Shown piece by piece: positions 37,849-44,879 of a DNA stretch of 44,879 nucleotides. This DNA is from Candidatus Gastranaerophilales bacterium (lineage in GTDB: Bacteria; Cyanobacteriota; Vampirovibrionia; Gastranaerophilales; Gastranaerophilaceae): NCBI GenBank assembly GCA_021205645.1, contig JAJPXE010000114.1:1-44879 (forward strand), in the 5' to 3' direction. Position numbers and translations under genes: made by a program. The notes under the pieces are model-generated. The model had not been told where the DNA came from. It did not search any database and was given only the letters and a program-made list of their open reading frames with translations. The stretch's first letter is position 1. Each line of letters begins with the position of its first letter.

Positions 37849-39174
37849 CTAGTATCGTTCGATGGAGTCGATGTATGTTTCTGGCTGAATGTTAATATTG
37901 TAGTCGTGGATGAAGTTATAATCATCAAGCCATTTATAAAATGCCTTATCATTTTCAAATTTCATCCCATTTATATCCATGCGCCTTTCGAGAAAATGAA
38001 GTACCTCTGTTTTGGTCATAATGCCATCATAGATTGCATGAGCTAAAATAGAACGCCGTGTTCGCGCAGATAGTGCATCTCTTTGCGATACATTATACCC
38101 AAGTTGGTGTAAAACGCTTTCTTCGCTCCAAGAGCTGTATTCCCAATCGTAAAAGCCAGAACCTAGCATTCTTATATCGTTTGCTAGTGGGCCAAGGATA
38201 TTTCGATAATACTCATAGGCGGAATAGCTTAACATCTTTCGTTTACAATAATAGCAATATTCGAGGTCAATTTTCCACTCTTCTCCGCTGTCGTCTTTGA
38301 CGATTGTAGTAACTTGGGTGATTGGATGATGGTGCCTAAAACAGACAATCAAACCTTTGTAAACATATAATGTGTTATTTGGTTCGGGCTGCGGTGGCTC
38401 TGAGAATTGAAATTTGGGACTTGCTTTTATTCTCTGTGGAATTTCTTTTGGTTGCACCGGAGCGGGTCGGTGCTGCACAGCGCAAAGTCGAGCAACTGTT
38501 TCATCACGAGCTTTTAGCTTCATCTTTGGAACAATTTGTAGCGCATCTGGTGTGATTGTGTAGTATATGTCGGCAATAGCCCAATATTCTTTGCCGCTAA
38601 TTATGACAGATTCTCCCGGACATTGAGCATCCATCACGGCAATAATTCTGACCATTTTATTCGGGACTCGGTATACGGGGATAAAATACTTAGCCTTAGA
38701 AAGATATGAATCAAGTTTTCTGGCGTCTTTTAATGTACAAATGCTTCCGAGTGAGACTTTTCTGGTCAGATATTCGTCTTTAGCCGTTTTCGCATCTTCC
38801 CACTCTTTTTGTATACGAGCGTTGCGAGAAATTGGTGCCAGTTCTGGCTTTGGGGCTTCTCTCTTTTGCATCTCGGCTATTTTCTTGCGGAGATAATAAC
38901 GGATTGGGTTTAAGTATTCCTCTCCATCAACTTTCATTTCTGGTATAATTGTCAGTGCTTCAATTGGGAACTCCATCGGCCAGGAAAGCCGCGCATAATA
39001 TTGCCGATGGTTGATTTTGATGATTCTAACTCCAGAGCATTCTTCTTCTACTACAGGTACAACCAATGCCGTTTCAATGTTTTCTTGCACATGGACTACG
39101 AGAAAAAGTGCATCATCAGTCCATACTCCACGGTTTTGCTTGCAAATATCGCCAATAGATGGAGTCTTGTACAT
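37849..39174 (-). CDS. 441-aa protein of unknown function: tandem N-terminal barrel-like repeats, Cys/His cluster, helical C-terminal domain
   Basis: Third gene of the minus-strand operon. The internal repeat SIGDIC...ALVVPVV..C.G.RIIKI....YYA......P.EALTIIPEMKV matches SLGSIC...VRIIAVMDAQCPGESVIISGKEYWA....TPDALQIVPKMKL. Cys/His cluster CFRHHH...CYYC. Confidence 0.6.
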   Translation of the reverse strand: MYKTPSIGDICKQNRGVWTDDALFLVVHVQENIETALVVPVVEEECSGVRIIKINHRQYYARLSWPMEFPIEALTIIPEMKVDGEEYLNPIRYYLRKKIAEMQKREAPKPELAPISRNARIQKEWEDAKTAKDEYLTRKVSLGSICTLKDARKLDSYLSKAKYFIPVYRVPNKMVRIIAVMDAQCPGESVIISGKEYWAIADIYYTITPDALQIVPKMKLKARDETVARLCAVQHRPAPVQPKEIPQRIKASPKFQFSEPPQPEPNNTLYVYKGLIVCFRHHHPITQVTTIVKDDSGEEWKIDLEYCYYCKRKMLSYSAYEYYRNILGPLANDIRMLGSGFYDWEYSSWSEESVLHQLGYNVSQRDALSARTRRSILAHAIYDGIMTKTEVLHFLERRMDINGMKFENDKAFYKWLDDYNFIHDYNINIQPETYIDSIERY

Positions 39175-39202
39175 ATGGAATCACCTTTTTCTGCTTTAGG
39201 TT

Positions 39203-39736
39203 CTACCACTTATATCCGCAATCCTTACACTGGAATTGTGACCTGGCCGACTTGCTGAAAATGCCGAGAGTTGCGACGCCTACGGCCTTGCGAGTGAAAG
39301 AGATGGTCTTGATGTTGGTGGAGCCGCAGGTGGGACAGTGGGGGATATGGGCGCGGCGTTCGTGGAACTTGTAGGTATAATTGTACCAGGTGTCATTGAG
39401 AGGATTGGGTTCTGTATGTTTGGACGGGATAAAGCTAACAGAACAGTTATCTGCCTCAAAGTGTTCTTTAATATACTGAACGTTTTCTTCTTTTATCCCC
39501 CCAAGTATAATACTACCATTCTTGTCAAGTAATTTAGTTGCTTCCGCTTTTTGAATCCCAAAATTTTTTAGGACAGCCACAATAAACGATTTAGCTCCAC
39601 CTATGCTATTTATTGTCATGTCAAATAGATTATTTTCTTTTTCCTGCATAGTGCTAATTGGGTATCCACAATGAATACACACAGAAGATTTATCGCTTAT
39701 TTGCTTCCCGCATTCTGGGCAATTTATAAGCGCCAT
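39203..39736 (-). CDS. double zinc-ribbon protein with central ribosomal L7/L12 C-terminal-domain-like fold
   Basis: CPECG..(8)..CIHCG at the N-terminus and CPTCG...CKDCG at the C-terminus. The centre, FDMTINSIGGAKSFIVAVLKNFGIQKAEATKLLDKNGSIILGGIKEENVQYIKEHFEADNCSVSF, aligns by eye with the L7/L12 CTD. AAGGAGG SD. Confidence 0.6.
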   Translation of the reverse strand: MALINCPECGKQISDKSSVCIHCGYPISTMQEKENNLFDMTINSIGGAKSFIVAVLKNFGIQKAEATKLLDKNGSIILGGIKEENVQYIKEHFEADNCSVSFIPSKHTEPNPLNDTWYNYTYKFHERRAHIPHCPTCGSTNIKTISFTRKAVGVATLGIFSKSARSQFQCKDCGYKW

Positions 39737-39756
39737 ATAATTCCTCCTTGTCTTAT

Positions 39757-40191
39757 TTATAGCCCCAATATATTTTTTCTTTTTGCGTCGTATTCGTCTG
39801 GGGTTATGTACCCGGCATCTTTTAATTCGTCTAGCTCTTTAAGCTCTGCCATCTTATTATTTGCTTTAGGTTGTGTCTTTGGTTGGCTAGATGCAGATTT
39901 TTTCTTGTCACTTCCTAGGCCAATTACTCCTGAAGCGAGTAAAATTACACCAATGACAAGGATAATGGCACCTATAACAATGACAATTTTGTAATTGTCC
40001 AGACGCCCTTCCCAGATTGATATTGTTTTGCGTGAAGAATCACTTGAGCCAAATAATGAGTCCAGCCCAGATTGTGCGCTAATCATATTATTGGCTAAAG
40101 AGTACCTATTATATCCGTAGGCTGTAATTCCACCACCGACGACGGTTGATACGCCGCCAATGATTGCTGCTGTTTTAGATGTAGAAGCCAT
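39757..40191 (-). CDS. membrane protein with C-terminal SHOCT domain
   Basis: Gly-rich hydrophobic N-terminus and a TM helix IVIVIGAIILVIGVILLASGVIGLG. C-terminus MAELKELDELKDAGYITPDEYDAKRKNILGL is a SHOCT signature. TAAGGAGGAAAC SD. Confidence 0.65.
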   Translation of the reverse strand: MASTSKTAAIIGGVSTVVGGGITAYGYNRYSLANNMISAQSGLDSLFGSSDSSRKTISIWEGRLDNYKIVIVIGAIILVIGVILLASGVIGLGSDKKKSASSQPKTQPKANNKMAELKELDELKDAGYITPDEYDAKRKNILGL

Positions 40192-40255
40192 AGTTTCCTC
40201 CTTACGCTTAATGCTATTGTTATTTCTTAGTAATTATTGCATTTACTTTTCTGTA

Positions 40256-40284
40256 ATTTTACCACAACTTTACATAAAAGTCAA
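40256..40284 (-). promoter_or_regulatory. sigma-70-type promoter for the minus-strand operon
   Basis: Minus strand reads TTGACT (40284-40279), 17 nt, TGgTAAAAT (extended -10, hexamer 40261-40256). About 65 nt upstream of the 40191 start. Confidence 0.6.
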
Positions 40285-40321
40285 TCTTCTTCTTGTCTGC
40301 TTTCAAGGAGATAAAAGATGG

Positions 40322-43300
40322 AACAAGTATAGCTGAGAAGGCGCTTCAGGCTTTTAGTACAACGATTGGCAAGGCCAAAGATGCAGAAGTTGATTTTGCC
40401 TCTGGCTTTAGCACTGGTAGTATTGTAAGTTGGGGGACTGCTATTGTTGCCATTATTGCGGCTGTGGTGGTTCAGTATCAACAATATAAACAATCTCTCC
40501 TTGAGGCAGTGCAGGCCGCTGAAGAATCTTTAACTTCTTGGAATGAACAAAACGATTCTCTTGAAGAGTACAAAGAACGTGTTGAGGAACTGAGAACTTC
40601 ATTAGACTCCGGCAATCTCACTGAGGAAGAAGCTTACGATGCTAAGACTGAACTGCTTGAGATTCAAGATGCGCTAAGTGAATCTTATGGAGTTTCTGCC
40701 GACGCACTAAACTTGTTAAACGGTGAGATGAAAACTCAGCTTGAATTAATAGATAGCTTGGGTGTAGCCGAGGCTAATCGAGAATTGACAGCAAATAAAG
40801 AAGGTATTGACGAGGCAACTAAGCAAATGGAGACGTTGCGTAACTACTTCGCAGATGTTGACGCAATGGATGCAGAGACTTTAGATGCAGTACAAAAAAT
40901 TGTAGACAAGTACGACGATTTGTCTTTACTCCAGAATGAGAATGGGACATATAGAATAACATTTACTGGAGATGCTACCCAAGCCACAGAGACTATGGAT
41001 GCTTTGGCTATAGACCTTCGTGCATTAGAAGACGACGTTGGAGAAAACGCCATTCTCGACTCGCTTCTTAGTTATACGTCCGATTCTTACAACGCCGCGA
41101 AAGAAGTTTTGGATACCTATCAGAGCGTTTATGATGAAGCTTGGCTTGCAAAGTTAGTCACCGACACTTCCAAGGTTGCGGACAATCTTTCCGAGGGGCT
41201 TACGCTCCCAGAAGGAGTTACTACTTATTCAGACCTTTACGAGAAATATGCTGAAGCTGTTGAGGACTACAATGAAGCTCTTGAAGATGGAGACGCTTCT
41301 AAAATTAAGGGAGCTAAAGACCAGTTTGACGCTGTAGATACTGTTGTCCAAGACCTGATGGGCGACGACAACATGGGCGGCTACGGTGATTTGTTCAACG
41401 AGATAGCCGACAGCCTTGATACTGCTTCGATTGCCGCACAAGATTTCAACAACGCTTTAAGCGGGGATTCTTTGCAAAGTGCCATAAGTGAAATTGATGG
41501 CTGGAGCGCTGATGAATTAAGCAATCAAATTTTCGACTTAGCTAATGCCAGCAATTCCTTAGTTGACATCTGGAGTTGGGGCGGAGATGAAGTATCCGGT
41601 TCGCTAGTTCAAATTATGGATGCGGCAGAAGAAGCCGGGGTCGTTACCAGTGAAAATGGGCAGTATACAGAGGAGCAAATCAACACGGTTATCAGTCTCC
41701 TTGAATCTCTCGGCTATATTACATCCGATGTTATTGAAAGCTCTGCTCTCTCAGTCGATGACCTTACCACAGCTTACGCTTCTGCCGAAGAAACAGTTGA
41801 GGGCCTAACAACAGCAATGAGCGAATCGGCTTCTGCCACTGGGCTTTCAGCGGACTCAATTAGCTTAGTAGAATCGGCCTTTGAGGGGCTGGACGACTAC
41901 GACGCTGCCGCACTGTTTGAGACAACTGCCAATGGCGTACATTTAAATAGAGAAGAATTAGAGCGGCTGAATGAAGAATACAGAGAGCAAGAGGCTGCAA
42001 AGTATTCAGATACGCTGGCAGACTTGAATGAGCAGTTATATGACGCACAGGCAGCCCTTGAAGCGGCTGGTGATGACCAAGAGGCGTATAATGCGGCGCT
42101 GAGTGACATTTCTTCGATTGAAACGCAAATTCAAGAAGTGCAGTTGTTGCAAGCACAATATGAAGGGCTTACTTCGGCCTACAATGATTTTGTGAATGCA
42201 CAAAGCGCGTCCGATGAACGTGATGCGTATGCAAACATTGGCGACAGTTATGAGGATTTAAATGACCTCATTAACGCCGGATGGGTCGGGGACTCAGAGA
42301 TTACAGAGTATCTTGATTTGTTGATTGCCGCCGATAAACGTACACAGGATAATTATGAAGACTGGAAACTCTTAACAAAAACTATCGAGGGAACCAATTA
42401 CAGCCTGATGGATTTCTTTCAATATGATGATGACTCTGGAGATTTGACTGTAAACGGGCTTGCGAACTTTTTGGACTCTCTGGATGCGTTGTTCGGAGAC
42501 GATATTATTAATATGGCCGAGGATGGCAGCTTCGCGCTTGACCTAACGGGAGAAAAGATTACAGAGGTTGCCGAGGGGCTTGGAACAACCGAGGAATTTC
42601 TTGAGTTAGTCGGTAAGGCCCTTATTGACGCGGGCATTGACGTAAAATTCGACGATGCCGCCGAGAGTTCGTCCACTCTTGCAGATGAAGTTCAGGAAGT
42701 GCAGACAGCTATCGCAGAGACGGCAGATACTGTCCAGGATGCTACTGATTCGTTGCGTGAAATGGGAGAGCTTGACGGCTTTACTTACAACCTCGATACA
42801 GACCTTGAGGGCATTACTGAGCAATTAACTGCCGCCAAAGAAGCCTTGTTGGATGAAAACGGTGAGATTAAGTTTGAAGCGGATACAGATGAGTATCAAG
42901 ACGCTATAACTATTCTTACTGCCCTTATACAAAAACAGCAAGAGCTTGAGAATGCAGACCGCGCTATTGTGCAAGTTGATGTTTCTGAAGCCAGCAGTGA
43001 TGTTGGAGAATTGGCGCGAGATATTCAAACACTCCAGGGCCAGCTTGATAATTATGAGGCCAATCTTAATATTGGTGCCGACACTTCTGATGCAGAAGAA
43101 CGTATCATTCAATATGTTGAAGAAGTTCAGACGCGGCTTGAAAACCTTGACGAGCAAACGGTAATAGACCTTGGGCTTGACGATGAGGATTTCCAGGCGG
43201 CACTTTCTAATGTAGCTAATACAGATATTGAAGCTGGCGCGACAGTTTCTCAGGAAGATTTAGATACTATCCAGGGCAAAATTGATGGAATCAGTGAAGA

Positions 43301-44487
43301 AGCACTAATTTCAGTTGGGCTGGCTGAAGACTCTGCAACAGCAGAGGAAACGCTAGAAGATATCCAAACTACCGTTGAGACGTTAAATGCTACACCAGAT
43401 GTTTCTATCACAGTTACAGTGACGACAAATGGGGCAGAAGAACTCGATAGTGTTCGCGCCGGATTGGAGTCCGTATCTGAATTTAGCGAAACGCAACAAA
43501 CTGCAAGCGGCGTTGTCGAATGGGCAAATGACGCCGGTGAAGTTGAAGAATATGCAGAGGTAGAGAAACAATCCAGCGGCACAGTTGCATGGGTGAATGA
43601 TGCCGCTTTGATAAATGCGTATATCAATCAAATGAAGTATGCCAGTGGCACAGTTGTTTGGTCGAATGATATTTCAAAGGTTAGGACTAGCTTTACTGCC
43701 ACCGGAACCGTGAAGTGGAATAACGCAAGCTCATATCTTGGAACTGCTCATGCGGCTGGTACGGCGGCGGCAAGGGGGAACTGGGGGCTTCCTGAAGACG
43801 AGGAGAATGTTCTCGTGGGGGAGGTAGCACCAGAACTTGTAGTTGACGTTAATTCTGGCCGGTATTATACCGTAGGAAACGATGGGGCAGAATTTGTAAA
43901 CCTACCAAGGAATTCGATCGTGTTCAACCACAAGCAAACCGAGGAAATATTACGTTATGGGCATATTGATTCGCGTGGTCATGCACTGGTTGAAGGAACT
44001 GCTTTGTATAGCGCCTCTGGAAGTTTGCACACAAGTACAAGCAGCACATCCAGTGCGAGTAAAAAATCAAGTAGCTCCAGTAGCAGTAGCTCAAAATCCA
44101 GTTCCAGTTCCAGCTCTAGCAGTTCTTCAAGCTCCAAGAAGTCTAGCAGCTCAAGCAGTTCGTCCTCGGCGGCGGCAGAGGCCGAAATTTATGACTGGAT
44201 AAGTGTTCTCCTTGATAGAATTGAAGCCCAAATTGAGTCTCTTGACCGTACTGCATCGAGCGCATACAAGAACTCTACAACGCGGCTAAATGCAACTCGA
44301 AGTGAAATTTCTGCGATTACGAATGAGATTGCTACACAACAATCTGCGTATGATTATTATATGCAGAAAGCTAATTCGGTTGGCCTGTCGAGCTATTACA
44401 AAAACCTCGTACAAAATGGCGACATTAAGATAACAGAAGTCTCAAGTGAAAGTACACAGGAAAAGATAGATGAGTATACCGAATGGT
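40322..44487 (+). CDS. tail tape measure protein, exon 4 (both ends approximate)
   Basis: Open frame from 40278 with no usable in-frame start. Hydrophobic segment WGTAIVAIIAAVVV followed by about 1,380 codons of acidic coiled-coil. Reads ...KIDEYTEW then TGA (44487-44489) at the start of intron-like sequence. Confidence 0.6.
44031..44170 (+). repeat. poly-Ser/Lys low-complexity tract within TMP exon 4
   Basis: TSTSSTSSASKKSSSSSSSSSKSSSSSSSSSSSSSKKSSSSSSSSS, encoded by mixed AGC/AGT/TCN codons. Confidence 0.8.
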
Positions 44488-44879
44488 GAATTTTTTTGTG
44501 CCCCGTTGCCTATTGTTAGGTGACGGTATTCTATTTAATTGCTGGAATATCCTAAAATTAACCAAACTACAGCGTGAGGATGAAATAAGCCTGGGCGCGA
44601 ATGTTGCGAAAGCAGAAAAAATTGGTTAAATAAGTACATGAGTAAAATCTAAATGCTTATGGGAGAAACGTCTGTGAGAGCAGGCGCTTTTTTTGTGCCC
44701 AAAATGGACAATCAGCAGCGAAGCTTCGAACAGAAGAACGTTCAACGACTATCCCTGAGATGGGAGTAGGGCCGCAAGCGGTTGGCGGCTCGAAAAGGTA
44801 GACTATGTAAATTTGATTTTATTGGCGTTATATTGCGTTACAATAAAAAGGATACGTTTATGTTAGTAGAGAATCAATA
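44488..44879 (+). mobile_element. group I intron 4 of TMP gene (5' part; runs off the window)
   Basis: TTTTTTTGTGCCC start resembles the other TMP introns. GCGAAAGCAGAAAAAATTGG and TGGACAATCAGCAGCGAAGC segments. R-like GTTCAACGACTATCCC (44741-44756). No S partner before the window end. Confidence 0.55.

Larger units (their letters stand above)
35869..40321 (+). mobile_element. group I intron 3 of TMP gene carrying a multi-gene cassette (boundaries approximate)
   Basis: The 5' part is homologous to introns 1 and 2 (TTTTGT... start; GAGCGAAAGCAGAAACAAG at about 36098). R-like GTCAACGACTTTCCC (GACTTT 36501-36506). The complementary AAAGTC lies only at 40277-40282. The TMP frame reopens at 40278 with no in-frame SD or start. 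Confidence 0.5.

Noticed and set aside
37795-38046. + strand 83-aa ORF and other + strand ORFs (38058, 38370, 39001, 39671) within the 37.8-40.2 kb region
   Set aside because: They are antisense to the well-signalled minus-strand operon and have no SDs. The + strand terminator at 37755-37790 precedes them.
40293-40320. TTG at 40293 (ORF-track start), or the AAGGAG/ATG at 40305/40318, as an independent start for the downstream 1,398-aa ORF
   Set aside because: The TTG has no SD. The SD-preceded ATG is out of frame and terminates after four codons. The protein begins mid-way through TMP-like sequence, so continuation of the TMP by splicing is the more economical reading. A split TMP cannot be excluded.
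1-44879. Search for tRNA/rRNA genes, CRISPR arrays, integrase or transposase genes and att-like long repeats
   Set aside because: I saw no cloverleaf-like conserved tRNA arms, no regularly spaced repeats and no recombinase motifs. A by-eye scan cannot exclude short tRNAs, so tRNAscan-SE should confirm.

Overview
This window reads as a contiguous stretch of a large tailed-phage or prophage genome. It looks SPbeta-like and Firmicute-associated, which is my inference from gene content and synteny. Nearly everything is coded on the + strand. The order is: an AT-rich non-coding left end with a consensus promoter; an early block (Bro-N/KilAC antirepressor, Lar-like protein, DUF6378/HicB-like fusion, dUTPase); a YonO-like single-subunit two-barrel RNA polymerase; a ClpP-like protease plus YonK-like and HU-like proteins; then a late module. 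The late module holds a candidate small terminase, large terminase, portal, scaffold, major capsid, connector and neck genes, major tail protein, a RuvC-like resolvase, and a very long tape-measure gene (TMP) of about 3,040 codons that is still open at the window end. The window is saturated with self-splicing and selfish elements. I infer six group I introns: one in the RNA polymerase gene, one in a head-tail connector gene and four in the TMP gene. There is also a LAGLIDADG intein in the terminase P-loop region, an intron-borne PD-(D/E)XK-like homing endonuclease and a free-standing GIY-YIG endonuclease. The most unusual feature is the third TMP intron (about 35.87-40.32 kb). It appears to house a 3.8-kb AT-richer cassette with its own sigma-70-type promoters, SD sites and terminators. 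The cassette contains the only convincing minus-strand genes in the window: a three-gene operon of unknown function. It also holds a + strand gene pair and a small transcription unit antisense to the intron core. All splice junctions are inferred by eye and are approximate. No tRNA, rRNA, CRISPR array, integrase or transposase was seen.
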